Below are positions 1-8,976 of a stretch of DNA of 64,000 nucleotides, one piece after another. Position numbers and translations under genes: made by a program. The notes below the pieces were generated by a model, which saw nothing but the letters and a program-made list of their open reading frames with translations, searched no databases and had not been told where the DNA came from. Source of the DNA: a virus; IMG/VR virus record IMGVR_UViG_3300028588_000016, positions 1 through 64,000 of that record; one strand, written 5' to 3'. How positions within the stretch are numbered: position 1 is the first letter of the stretch; each line of letters opens with the position of its first letter.

Positions 1-186
1 CTACATGAGTGTGGAGTAGATGCCAAAATCATTAGAGATCTTAGATTAGTAAAAGAAGGGTTTCTTTGGACTGAAATTTACAGTGTGCTTTATTACATGG
101 AGCCAGTGCCAAATGGAGTTTCAATGGAACACGCGTGTTACTTAAAATTAGAACGAAAACCCAATGATTTCATTGAACAGCCTTAA
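1..186 (+). CDS. hypothetical protein, 5'-truncated
   Basis: Frame 1 is open from base 1 to TAA at 184-186 and overlaps the next start. Confidence 0.6.
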   Translation, partial: LHECGVDAKIIRDLRLVKEGFLWTEIYSVLYYMEPVPNGVSMEHACYLKLERKPNDFIEQP

Positions 187-541
187 TCAGGCAACAAAAC
201 AAGAAGTATTTGATCACGTCGCTAGACACTTATTAACTCAAAAAGAAAGATCTATTATCGAAGGACAAGTAGAAGCTTGTGCTTACTTAGGTATTGGAGG
301 TTTAAAGTGTGCGGCAGGTTGTTTAATAACAACAGAAGAATATGCAAAGTATAACTTTGCTGAATTAGAAGGAGATGGTTGGCAATCAATCTCTGATGAT
401 TTAAATTTAGAGCACGGAAACTTAATTTCTCGTCTGCAGGATATACATGACACTTATGATCCAGATGAATGGAAAAAAGGTTTACATTATGCAGCTAAAG
501 ACTATGAACTGCATACAGGAGTATTAGACGAATTCAATTAA
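164..541 (+). CDS. conserved phage hypothetical protein
   Basis: CAYLG-GGLKCAAGCLI motif; tiles with neighbours. Confidence 0.7.
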   Translation: MISLNSLNQATKQEVFDHVARHLLTQKERSIIEGQVEACAYLGIGGLKCAAGCLITTEEYAKYNFAELEGDGWQSISDDLNLEHGNLISRLQDIHDTYDPDEWKKGLHYAAKDYELHTGVLDEFN

Positions 542-573
542 TAATTAATAAATAAAAACAAAAACAAAACAAG

Positions 574-1146
574 ATGAGTAATTTCACATTAGTAAAAGGC
601 GAAGCTTACGATTTAACGAAAGACAATCCAGGTTTAAAAGTAGTAGCATTCGGTGGCGGATGGGACGTAAACACCAACGGAGGTCCTGATTTCGATTTGG
701 ATTTATTCGGTATTCCATTAAAAGGTGGTAAACTTGAAGACGTTCCTGGTATCTTGGATCACATCTGTTACTTCCAAAACATGAGTGTTCACGGTATAAA
801 ATTGGATGCTGATAACCGTACAGGTGCTGGTGAAGGTGACGATGAAACAATTCGTATTGATTTATCAGCTGTACCTGCTGAATTTGACACTATTATCTTA
901 GGTGTTAACATTTACATGGGTGCTGAAAACAATCAACGTTTCAGCCAAATCCAAAACGCAAAGGTTCGTATTTACAATTCAGAAACAAACGCTGAATTAG
1001 CTACTTATCCATTGCGTGAAGATTTCAAACGCGCAACTGCTGTCGTAGTTGGTAAACTGTATCGTAAAGGTGCTGAGTGGGAATTTGAAGCATTAGGTGT
1101 TGGTACTGACGGTACTATCCTTGATGTTGCCGCTCAATACAAATAG
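574..1146 (+). CDS. terD: TerD-family stress protein
   Basis: GGWD..FDLD, YFQN, DNRTGAGEGDDE and GKLYRKGAEWEFEALG are TerD signatures; strong codon bias. Confidence 0.95.
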   Translation: MSNFTLVKGEAYDLTKDNPGLKVVAFGGGWDVNTNGGPDFDLDLFGIPLKGGKLEDVPGILDHICYFQNMSVHGIKLDADNRTGAGEGDDETIRIDLSAVPAEFDTIILGVNIYMGAENNQRFSQIQNAKVRIYNSETNAELATYPLREDFKRATAVVVGKLYRKGAEWEFEALGVGTDGTILDVAAQYK

Positions 1147-1162
1147 TCAATTATTAACCCTG

Positions 1163-1187
1163 TGCTCTACTTCGGTAGAGCATTTTT
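1163..1187 (+). terminator. intrinsic terminator
   Basis: TGCTCTAC-TTCG-GTAGAGCA followed by TTTTT. Confidence 0.9.
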
Positions 1188-1203
1188 AAAACTAAAACAA
1201 ACA

Positions 1204-1341
1204 ATGATTTCATTTATTATAGGCTTTGTAGCCGCAGTAATTATCATGGCAGCTTTGAAGCCGCGCTTTGATAAAGATCCAGTACTTAATGTATTCTATT
1301 TAGAGTACGGTGCTGCTAAAAAACGTGTAAACTTATTTTAA
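1204..1341 (+). CDS. 45-aa single-TM membrane peptide (not in ORF track)
   Basis: ATG after an A-rich leader; MISFIIGFVAAVIIMAALKPRF...; fills the gap before the HAD gene. Confidence 0.7.
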   Translation: MISFIIGFVAAVIIMAALKPRFDKDPVLNVFYLEYGAAKKRVNLF

Positions 1342-1344
1342 ACA

Positions 1345-2028
1345 ATGGAGATTACTCACATCACTTTTGACTTTTGGCAGACATTATTCAGAAGTAATCC
1401 AGATTATAAAGTATCGGTTATTACTGCTATTAAGAAGTACGTTGAACAATTCGCTTCTATAAACTATGAAGAGGAATGGTTAATTAACCGTTATGAAGAA
1501 ATCAAAAAGGTGTCCAATGAAATGGAAGCACTTACGGGTGTAGCAGTTAGTGCGACACATCGTCATATGATGTTTTTCAGATTAATTGAAGTACCTATAT
1601 CTTTAGTGACAGAAGACTACATGTCTATGTTAGAAGAGATTTTCTTAAAGTTTCCACCTATTTCGATTGTAGACAATATGATTGAATTACTTGATGAAAT
1701 GAATAGAAGTTACCATATAGGTATTATATCTAACACAGGTATGATACCAGGGAATGTTTTACGTCAACTCTTTAACGACGTAGAGGGTACTGATATCAAT
1801 TTCATATTTAGTGACGAAGTTCATTACGCCAAGCCTAATCGTGCTATTTTCAATAGAGCCTTAACTCAATTCAGTTCAATACCTAAAAGTAGAGCCAACT
1901 GGTTACACGTAGGTGATGACGATATTTGTGATATTAAAGGAGCTAGAGATATGGGTGGTAGAGCTTTTAAAATAGTTGGTCAGTTAGAATGGGATAACCT
2001 TCAAAACATCTTATCATGCAAAGGATAG
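1345..2028 (+). CDS. HAD-family hydrolase
   Basis: FDFWQTL (motif I), SNT (II), KP..AIF (III), HVGDD..DIKGA (IV). Confidence 0.9.
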   Translation: MEITHITFDFWQTLFRSNPDYKVSVITAIKKYVEQFASINYEEEWLINRYEEIKKVSNEMEALTGVAVSATHRHMMFFRLIEVPISLVTEDYMSMLEEIFLKFPPISIVDNMIELLDEMNRSYHIGIISNTGMIPGNVLRQLFNDVEGTDINFIFSDEVHYAKPNRAIFNRALTQFSSIPKSRANWLHVGDDDICDIKGARDMGGRAFKIVGQLEWDNLQNILSCKG

Positions 2029-2834
2029 TAGCACATTCATTTAAAAGCATGGACGATATTACGTTCGATGCTCAAGCTTATTCTCGTTTTAAATACGGTA
2101 GCTTTCACGACTCTTATAGATTCGGTGTTGAATTAGGTCGTAAGATAGTTAAGTGGTGTATTGAGAATCTTGAAAGAGGTGACAAAGTAATGATTAGTGG
2201 TGCGCCATATAATCAGATACCTGTCGCTTCAACTCAGTTAGCTAAGTTTACAGCTATGTACTGTCAATCTATTACTAAGAAGTATATTTTTGATACTTTT
2301 AAGGTAGATCGTAAACATAGTTATCATGTAGATTACGGTGCAATGAGTGCAGAAGAAAGAGAAGCTTTAATTAGTAGTGATAAATTCACTTTAACTGCTG
2401 ATCTTAGTAATTGTACTGTCATCTTTATTGATGATATTGTAATTACTGGTACTCATGAACGTAATATGGAGAAAATGATTATTGAGCAAGGTCTTAATAA
2501 CATTTGCCATGATATAGTTTACGCTTACTATGCTGAACTTGCTAATCCGGAATGCTGTCCTTCTATTGAGTCTGATCTTAATCACGCTTCAATTCGTAAG
2601 GATTATTCAAATCTACCAGAATTTCTGTTCGAGTTCGGAGATAGGTTACTAATCAACACTCGTCTTGTTAAATTTATTATGTCTATGCCAGAGGAGAAAT
2701 TCAATGAGGTAATACATGGAGGTATGACAACCGACGAGTTTCAAAAAGAACTATATCGTCTAGTATTAGCTAACGGCTACGACGAAGAACCTTTATACGC
2801 TAGCAATTTTCAAACCCTTAAAGATTCAATATAA
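2016..2834 (+). CDS. Ter-associated phosphoribosyltransferase
   Basis: PRPP-binding loop IFIDDIVITGTHE; YSRFKYG N-terminal motif; lies in the ter cluster. Confidence 0.8.
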   Translation: MQRIVAHSFKSMDDITFDAQAYSRFKYGSFHDSYRFGVELGRKIVKWCIENLERGDKVMISGAPYNQIPVASTQLAKFTAMYCQSITKKYIFDTFKVDRKHSYHVDYGAMSAEEREALISSDKFTLTADLSNCTVIFIDDIVITGTHERNMEKMIIEQGLNNICHDIVYAYYAELANPECCPSIESDLNHASIRKDYSNLPEFLFEFGDRLLINTRLVKFIMSMPEEKFNEVIHGGMTTDEFQKELYRLVLANGYDEEPLYASNFQTLKDSI

Positions 2835-3610
2835 TGTCATTTGACTTAATTAAAAGATTAAACGAGGATAAAGCTAAAGTCTTTACTCTTACTAAAGGAA
2901 CTGTACTTGATACAACAGACTCGTTCTGTATGTTTGCATTAGACGATTCTGGTAGCATGGGCCATTTATATAGAGATGGTTACGTTCAAAGATTAACAGA
3001 AAGATTACTTCCAATTGCTATGGCGTTCGACGACAATGGTGAAATGGAAGTTTATCAATTTGCTAATGGCGTAAGTAAAGCTAAAGCTCCGGCTACATCT
3101 GCTAACATAGCAGGTTATGTAGGTCGCGATATCCGTCACATGGGTGGCGGTACAGCTTATGCACCTGCATTACGTCAAATCTTGAATGATTACTTAGAAA
3201 TGAGCGGTCAAAAAGCAGGAGCTGGTGCTAGCACGTTATTAGGTAAAGTTGGTTCATTCTTCGGTGGTGGTAAAGCACAAACAACCGTTAATCAGAATGA
3301 CAAGATTCTTCCTGGTTTCTGTATCTTCATTTCTGATGGTGAGAACTTCGATACAGAAGACACTCGTCGCGTATTAATCGAAGCTTCTAATTACGGTTTG
3401 TTCTTTGCAACAGTAGGTTTAGGAAGTGGTCGTTTCGGTTCATTGAACGATATGGATACGATGACTGGTCGTAAACGTGATAATGCAAGTTTCTTCAGTG
3501 TTACGCCTCAGCAATTGGAAACCATGTCAGCTGAACAATTCCTTGGTGGTTTACTTAAAGAATACCCTGCTTTCGTGGCCAAAGCTAAAGCAGACGGAAT
3601 CATCGCGTAA
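2834..3610 (+). CDS. vWA-domain protein (TerF-type)
   Basis: MIDAS DDSGSM, GGTAYAP, FISDGE; ter context. Confidence 0.85.
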   Translation: MSFDLIKRLNEDKAKVFTLTKGTVLDTTDSFCMFALDDSGSMGHLYRDGYVQRLTERLLPIAMAFDDNGEMEVYQFANGVSKAKAPATSANIAGYVGRDIRHMGGGTAYAPALRQILNDYLEMSGQKAGAGASTLLGKVGSFFGGGKAQTTVNQNDKILPGFCIFISDGENFDTEDTRRVLIEASNYGLFFATVGLGSGRFGSLNDMDTMTGRKRDNASFFSVTPQQLETMSAEQFLGGLLKEYPAFVAKAKADGIIA

Positions 3611-4650
3611 TGGGATTTATTGAAATACTAGTGTTCGCTATCCTAGTGATAGCGGCACTTGCTGCGGATTTAGTATTCGTAGGCGGTAAAGGTGTGGCTC
3701 CCTCAATGAAAACAGCCGGTATCTGGACAGGTAGCTTTATCAGTATTGCCATAGCATATGGTATCTTTTTACACATTGATGCAGGTGCTCAAATAGCAAC
3801 AGAATACTTTACAGCGTACGCAATAGAGAAAGTCCTAAGTGTGGATAACTTATTCGTATTTATATTAGTATTCGGTTTCTTTAAAGTACCTGCAGCGTAT
3901 GAGCATAAAGTTCTATTCTACGGTATTATAGGTGCATTTATATTACGTGGTATCTTTATCTTTGCAGGTGCGACGTTTATTGATTGGACTTACTTTGATG
4001 CTTTCGGTTACCATATTAACGGTGTACTGACGATCTTCGGTTTAATTCTAATTTGGAAAGGTTATGGAGCTTTTAGAGAGTCTATAGGTTCTGGAGACGA
4101 TGAAGATGAAGACTTTAATAACACATTTGGTGCTAAGGTTGTACGTTGGTTAACAGGTGGTAAAGTACTTACTGAATACGATGGTGATAAGTTTTTTACT
4201 ACACGATATTTTGACGATAAAGCTAGAAGTATATATAAAGGTGTTAATACTGACGTTAGCAAATTCAAAGCGGTTAAATACGGTACTTTACTGTTAGTCG
4301 TAGTAGGTGTAGTTGAATTTACTGACGTATTATTCGCAGTAGACTCTATTCCTGCTATATTCTCCGTTACACAAAACAAAATGGTACTATATACATCTAA
4401 CATCTTTGCTATCTTAGGTCTTAGAAGTATGTACTTCTTGTTAAAAGGTATGAAAGACAAGTTCCATTTATTGGGATATGGTCTTGCATTCATTTTAGCA
4501 TTCATTGGTGCAAAAATGGTAGTTGCACCATGGTTCCACATTGAAGGAATTACTAGCTTAATCATCGTACTCGGTGTGTTAGCTCTATCTATCGGTTTAT
4601 CATTTATTATTCCAAACAAAGAGGAAAATGTCGAGCAAGAACAAATCTAA
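3610..4650 (+). CDS. terC: TerC/Alx-family membrane protein
   Basis: IEKVLSVDNLFVF and VEFTDVLFAVDSIPAIF..TSNIFAILGLRS; multiple TM helices. Confidence 0.95.
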   Translation: MGFIEILVFAILVIAALAADLVFVGGKGVAPSMKTAGIWTGSFISIAIAYGIFLHIDAGAQIATEYFTAYAIEKVLSVDNLFVFILVFGFFKVPAAYEHKVLFYGIIGAFILRGIFIFAGATFIDWTYFDAFGYHINGVLTIFGLILIWKGYGAFRESIGSGDDEDEDFNNTFGAKVVRWLTGGKVLTEYDGDKFFTTRYFDDKARSIYKGVNTDVSKFKAVKYGTLLLVVVGVVEFTDVLFAVDSIPAIFSVTQNKMVLYTSNIFAILGLRSMYFLLKGMKDKFHLLGYGLAFILAFIGAKMVVAPWFHIEGITSLIIVLGVLALSIGLSFIIPNKEENVEQEQI

Positions 4651-5026
4651 AAATGAATCTGTTCAAGATTCAAACAAAGCAGGAACAACAGGATCTGCTA
4701 ATACAACAGTATCTGAAGGAACTGGATCAGGTACGCAGAGCGTGGATGTACAGAAAACTGATGCGAAGGTGGCAGACAGTAAAGCTGATGTCAAACCTGT
4801 TAGAGCAAAAGCTATTTTAGGTTACGAACTTAAAGAACCTGCAACCAACGCTATGATCGGCGAATTCAACATCGAAGATTACAAAGGTAAAGAAATCATC
4901 GGCATGAACTTAGAAGGTGTTTTAACCGCTGCTGATTTGTTGGAAAAACGTAACTTACTTCACATCACACTTGGCCGTAAACTTGGTGTAGCTGAAGATC
5001 AAGAAGCTGCACTTTACATCTTATAA
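4628..5026 (+). CDS. hypothetical protein with low-complexity N-terminus
   Basis: Biased-codon ORF followed by a terminator. Confidence 0.7.
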   Translation: MSSKNKSKNESVQDSNKAGTTGSANTTVSEGTGSGTQSVDVQKTDAKVADSKADVKPVRAKAILGYELKEPATNAMIGEFNIEDYKGKEIIGMNLEGVLTAADLLEKRNLLHITLGRKLGVAEDQEAALYIL

Positions 5027-5033
5027 AAACTAA

Positions 5034-5058
5034 AGCCCGGCTAACTACCGGGCTATTT
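5034..5058 (+). terminator. intrinsic terminator
   Basis: AGCCCGG-CTAACTA-CCGGGCT then ATTTT. Confidence 0.75.
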
Positions 5059-5064
5059 TAAAAT

Positions 5065-5397
5065 ATGAGAGTAACAGATGTTTATTTAGCTCAGAAGCTA
5101 ATATATAAAGCAGTAAACGCTACAAATAGAGGAATTCCATTCAGTCTTAGTTTCAAGAAGCTAAAGAGTATTCATAAAGCTGATAAATGTCAGTTCACTG
5201 GAGTACCTTTTTCAAGAGACAAAGAACATCCTCATTATCCTACAATTGATAGGATAGACAATACCAAAGGCTATACCGATGATAATGTAATATTGTGCAC
5301 TAAAATCTTCAACTCAATGAAAGATAAGTTCACAACAAGTCAGTTATCGTTTATGGCTTCCAAAATCAAACAACTAGACAAGAAGACCAGGAAATAG
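5065..5397 (+). CDS. HNH-like (His-Me finger) endonuclease
   Basis: C.FTG..F...PTIDRIDNTKGYTDDNVILC...N pattern. Confidence 0.75.
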   Translation: MRVTDVYLAQKLIYKAVNATNRGIPFSLSFKKLKSIHKADKCQFTGVPFSRDKEHPHYPTIDRIDNTKGYTDDNVILCTKIFNSMKDKFTTSQLSFMASKIKQLDKKTRK

Positions 5398-5751
5398 ATG
5401 GAGAAGTTAACCGACTTACAAATTGCTGGACACTTATTAGATCTTAACAAGAAAGCGTTAGGAGAAGGTAAGAAGTTTGGCGTTAAGTTCACTACTATGA
5501 AGAAAGTAATGAACCGCAAAACCTGTACGTTTTCAGGTTTACCATTAGGTGGAGAAAATAAACGTAAACTTGTATTAATTGAGCCTAAATTCGGTTATGT
5601 TGATCCTAACATCATTGCAATAGCAGAAGGTGTGGATGAAGTCTACAAGAAATTTAACTCTAAGGCTCTAGCTAATATAGCTAAAAAGCTTAAGAATGTT
5701 GAAGATGCAAAAGCTAGAATAGCTGCATCACAAATTAAAAAGAATGGATAA
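5398..5751 (+). CDS. degenerate HNH-like paralog of 5065..5397
   Basis: Aligns by eye with the upstream ORF (TD..A..L...G..F...K...K.C.F.G.P....I...GY...N.I) but lacks DRID. Confidence 0.6.
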   Translation: MEKLTDLQIAGHLLDLNKKALGEGKKFGVKFTTMKKVMNRKTCTFSGLPLGGENKRKLVLIEPKFGYVDPNIIAIAEGVDEVYKKFNSKALANIAKKLKNVEDAKARIAASQIKKNG

Positions 5752-5989
5752 AGCAATACAAGTGATAATACTCGTGTTGAGTGCTTCATCTATTTGGTTA
5801 ATTAACCGTGTAGAGAAGTGGTCAAGATGGGGTTTCATAATTGGATTAGCTGCACAGCCATTCTGGTTATACACAACCGCAAAGAACGATCAATGGGGTT
5901 TCTTTATCTTGTCTATATTCTATGCTTATTCATGGAGTATGGGTATTTACAATAAATGGATTAAGAATGACAGCACAGGAAATAGCTGA
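5744..5989 (+). CDS. small 3-TM membrane protein, possibly half-PnuC-like
   Basis: Three hydrophobic segments; WGFIIGLAAQPFW and QWGFF..Y.YSW..GIY.KW. Confidence 0.6.
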   Translation: MDKAIQVIILVLSASSIWLINRVEKWSRWGFIIGLAAQPFWLYTTAKNDQWGFFILSIFYAYSWSMGIYNKWIKNDSTGNS

Positions 5990-6383
5990 TAAAATTAGCG
6001 AATGGGAATACGAAGCAGGAGAATCTTTTACAGATTACTTTATGCACGACACCGTCCTTGATGAAGATTGGGGTAAATGGTTAATCAAAGTAGGTCATAA
6101 AGAAAGAGGAGAAGCGATTCTTAAGTCTGTAGAAAGTCATAAGGAAGCTAACCAATTTTGTTGTCAAGACCAAGAATTTCTTTACGGCATATACGTTCAT
6201 CCAGAATTTGTAGAAAGTCTTAGTTGGAAGAAGTGTATTAGTTATGATGTTATTTATGACGACGATTTAGACAACGAAGCTAATCGGGATAAAGATCGTT
6301 TACTTTGGGCACAATTCATATTAGATCCAGATAACCTTTTCTATTTGGATAAATTTAACACATTCTTAGAAGATGACGAGTAA
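5967..6383 (+). CDS. hypothetical protein
   Basis: ORF track entry; internal ATG at 5967 preferred as start. Confidence 0.65.
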   Translation: MTAQEIADKISEWEYEAGESFTDYFMHDTVLDEDWGKWLIKVGHKERGEAILKSVESHKEANQFCCQDQEFLYGIYVHPEFVESLSWKKCISYDVIYDDDLDNEANRDKDRLLWAQFILDPDNLFYLDKFNTFLEDDE

Positions 6384-6930
6384 CGAATTTGTAGTATGGA
6401 TGCAAGAGTTAATAGCTAACTCTGATTCACAACACATAACACCTTATCAGAGCAATCTAATCAAGAACAAGCTTTCTGAAACGGGAGCAACTCCTCAGAT
6501 TGATGGAGGAATGCCAGAGTATGTTGATCCTCGTTTGAGAATGCAAGGTATTCCTAGTAATGGAGGTATCATGGAGTTCCTACAAGCAATGGAGATGCAA
6601 CAACCTATTAATCAGCATGCTTATTCTGATAAAGTATCTAATTACATACCGGCTGACTTCGATATTGATAAGGTTTACAGACCTGATTCTGAGTTAACTA
6701 GTAGTGAAGAATTAGCAGAACAACTAGCTGAAGGTAATGAGTTACACAGAGATCAATATTTCCAAATTCTGAAAGAAATTGAACAAACTGGCGATACTCG
6801 TGGTGTGACTACTTTTGCTCTTAAGCAAATGCGAGCTGATAGGTATGGTAACCTGACCAAGGATACTTTAATCCCAGAGTCACAACAAATTAAAAACAAC
6901 AGAGCTACCATGAAGGTAGTTCATCTATAA
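6373..6930 (+). CDS. hypothetical protein
   Basis: ORF track entry; tiles with neighbours. Confidence 0.7.
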   Translation: MTSNEFVVWMQELIANSDSQHITPYQSNLIKNKLSETGATPQIDGGMPEYVDPRLRMQGIPSNGGIMEFLQAMEMQQPINQHAYSDKVSNYIPADFDIDKVYRPDSELTSSEELAEQLAEGNELHRDQYFQILKEIEQTGDTRGVTTFALKQMRADRYGNLTKDTLIPESQQIKNNRATMKVVHL

Positions 6931-6941
6931 ACAATAAAACA

Positions 6942-7295
6942 ATGCAAAATCCAAAAGTGTACATGAGAGTCAACGGTAAGTATCCGTCTGATTTTCCAAC
7001 ACTTGGATATCGTTTGCCATTTGAATACGCAGCTATTAGTGATTTAATTAATCGTTATACCGCTGACGTAGGAGAGGTCAAAACGATTCAAATCCAAGTA
7101 GTTCCGTCTTTAGATGCGAACAAAACAAAAGTCTTGTTAATATCAAGTGAAATTAGACATCCAGATGCTGACATTAGTCACTCTGTTATGTTAATTTCTG
7201 ATAAAACAAGAAAATTAATCTCCTCTTCTGTTACATTAGAGGGGCTATTTGATAACCTTAAGAAACCTTCATATGGAGTTGAAACAAAAATTTAA
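6942..7295 (+). CDS. hypothetical protein
   Basis: ORF track entry; A-rich leader. Confidence 0.65.
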   Translation: MQNPKVYMRVNGKYPSDFPTLGYRLPFEYAAISDLINRYTADVGEVKTIQIQVVPSLDANKTKVLLISSEIRHPDADISHSVMLISDKTRKLISSSVTLEGLFDNLKKPSYGVETKI

Positions 7296-7491
7296 GTTTG
7301 GTAGCATCATGCTCCTAATCGGGGCGGTACTAGGTATTGGCCTCGCTATTTTAATCAAAGGATTCCTTTACATGTTATTCCTAGGCGTAGTGTGTTTACT
7401 AGTATTTGTAGCAGTATGCGCATTATTATTAACATTATTCAGAGGAAATGGAAAGAGCCGGAAGAACCGAACACAGACAAGTTCGTCTTAA
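7273..7491 (+). CDS. 2-TM membrane protein
   Basis: Long hydrophobic stretch with basic C-terminus; ATG at 7273 preferred. Confidence 0.65.
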   Translation: MELKQKFKFGSIMLLIGAVLGIGLAILIKGFLYMLFLGVVCLLVFVAVCALLLTLFRGNGKSRKNRTQTSSS

Positions 7492-7699
7492 TTGTCTAAA
7501 AGGTACAGTTGTAAAGAAGAAGTTAATTCAAGGCACTTGGGATCTTAAAGCAGTGATGCTTGAAGATGGAGAGGGTCTAAGATTGGAGACTGCTTCGGAT
7601 ATAGATAAGATTGAAATAGGATCAACCTATTTCTTTCAAGTTTATAAGAAATCTTTTAAACTGTATCAAAATGTAATTGTTGATTTCATTAAACTATAA
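7448..7699 (+). CDS. hypothetical protein
   Basis: ORF track entry; tiles with neighbours. Confidence 0.55.
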   Translation: MERAGRTEHRQVRLNCLKGTVVKKKLIQGTWDLKAVMLEDGEGLRLETASDIDKIEIGSTYFFQVYKKSFKLYQNVIVDFIKL

Positions 7700-7703
7700 G
7701 CTT

Positions 7704-8063
7704 ATGAAATATTTAAAGTGTAAAGTGGCTAAAGACCACAAGAGAAAGTTAATCTACATCATTCGAGAGAATGAGGATGGATTGACAGAAGGATCTTATT
7801 TTCTTGATGAGAGATTAAATCCTTACGTATTTGCTATGGGTTACATATTACCTGTATTAAGAGGAGGTCAACCGAAAGGTGAACTTCTTAGGATATATGC
7901 AACTAACAATACAATGGTTAAAGTATTCAGACTGAGGGAACACTTCTACGAGAAAGCTCTTAGGTGTAGAAGAATACAAGAAGTAATCATAACGAGAAGG
8001 ACTAAAGGGAGTTTCAGAACTCACGATAGCGGTCGATTGTCTATTCTAGCTGTAAATAGATAA
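7704..8063 (+). CDS. hypothetical protein
   Basis: ORF track entry; ATG at 7704 preferred. Confidence 0.6.
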   Translation: MKYLKCKVAKDHKRKLIYIIRENEDGLTEGSYFLDERLNPYVFAMGYILPVLRGGQPKGELLRIYATNNTMVKVFRLREHFYEKALRCRRIQEVIITRRTKGSFRTHDSGRLSILAVNR

Positions 8064-8218
8064 TGGGTTTCTTTCAACTTATAATTAGTGTTATAGTAGC
8101 GCTAATTGTAGCGTACTTCTTAATGACTATTATATTGTACGTACTAAGTTACGTTAAAAATCAGATGATCTTTGTTTGGATCATAATTACATTGTTAGTA
8201 ATAGCAATGTTTCAGTAA
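8063..8218 (+). CDS. 51-aa 2-TM membrane peptide (not in ORF track)
   Basis: TAATG coupling; MGFFQLIISVIVALIVAYFLMTII...; ends just before a terminator. Confidence 0.7.
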   Translation: MGFFQLIISVIVALIVAYFLMTIILYVLSYVKNQMIFVWIIITLLVIAMFQ

Positions 8219-8220
8219 TC

Positions 8221-8246
8221 AAGAGGCGGGGTAAGCCGTCTCTTTT
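8221..8246 (+). terminator. intrinsic terminator
   Basis: AAGAGGCGG..CCGTCTCTT stem with T tail. Confidence 0.75.
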
Positions 8247-8266
8247 AAAACCAACAACTAAAGTAA

Positions 8267-8683
8267 ATGAAGAATCGTTCAACTAAACCAAACAAAAAGA
8301 CTCCTTATGTCGCTAAAACAGCGGCAGCATTATCTACAATGTCACAGGAGGAATTAATTAAACAAGGTTTCAGAAACCCTTATTTTGTAAAGCCTGACTT
8401 TAGCAAGACTCCAGAAGAGCGCAAAGCATGGCGTAAAGTACATAAGAATAAGGGAGTGAAATATTCTGGGGTGAGCGGTACTTCGAAAGGTGCATATCCA
8501 CAGGCTGAACAGAACTTACTTGTTCACGTGGCTAACAACGGCACAAACAAAAATTACAAAAGCACCCTATCTTTTAAGGTTAAAGCTAGTGATGTTCAAC
8601 GCATCTTACGCATTTTCTTGAAAGACGAAGTGGTTACTAAAGCTTACTTTGCAGGTAAGATCATAGTAGACAACTCTAACTAA
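8267..8683 (+). CDS. basic hypothetical protein
   Basis: K/R-rich ORF with biased codons. Confidence 0.7.
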   Translation: MKNRSTKPNKKTPYVAKTAAALSTMSQEELIKQGFRNPYFVKPDFSKTPEERKAWRKVHKNKGVKYSGVSGTSKGAYPQAEQNLLVHVANNGTNKNYKSTLSFKVKASDVQRILRIFLKDEVVTKAYFAGKIIVDNSN

Positions 8684-8976
8684 TGGCTAAACGTTCCACT
8701 AAAAAGGAACTGAAGTCTTATGTTACGTACGTTAAAGATGAACATAAAGTAATAGTTCATGATAGTTTCCTTTATGAAGTGGAAATATTCATATGTGCAA
8801 CTCGTTGTTATTACCTGAAAGATACGGTAATTATAGCTAAAGAAGCATTTAAAGAACCTAAGAAATATGTTCAGAGAATGAATGGACGTATAGTCAATTC
8901 ACACTACAAATTAATAGGCGCTCCTCTGGAGTGGCTACAAACAAACAGATATAACCTAATAACCAATGAGCCGTAA
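8683..8976 (+). CDS. hypothetical protein
   Basis: TAATG coupling. Confidence 0.65.
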   Translation: MAKRSTKKELKSYVTYVKDEHKVIVHDSFLYEVEIFICATRCYYLKDTVIIAKEAFKEPKKYVQRMNGRIVNSHYKLIGAPLEWLQTNRYNLITNEP

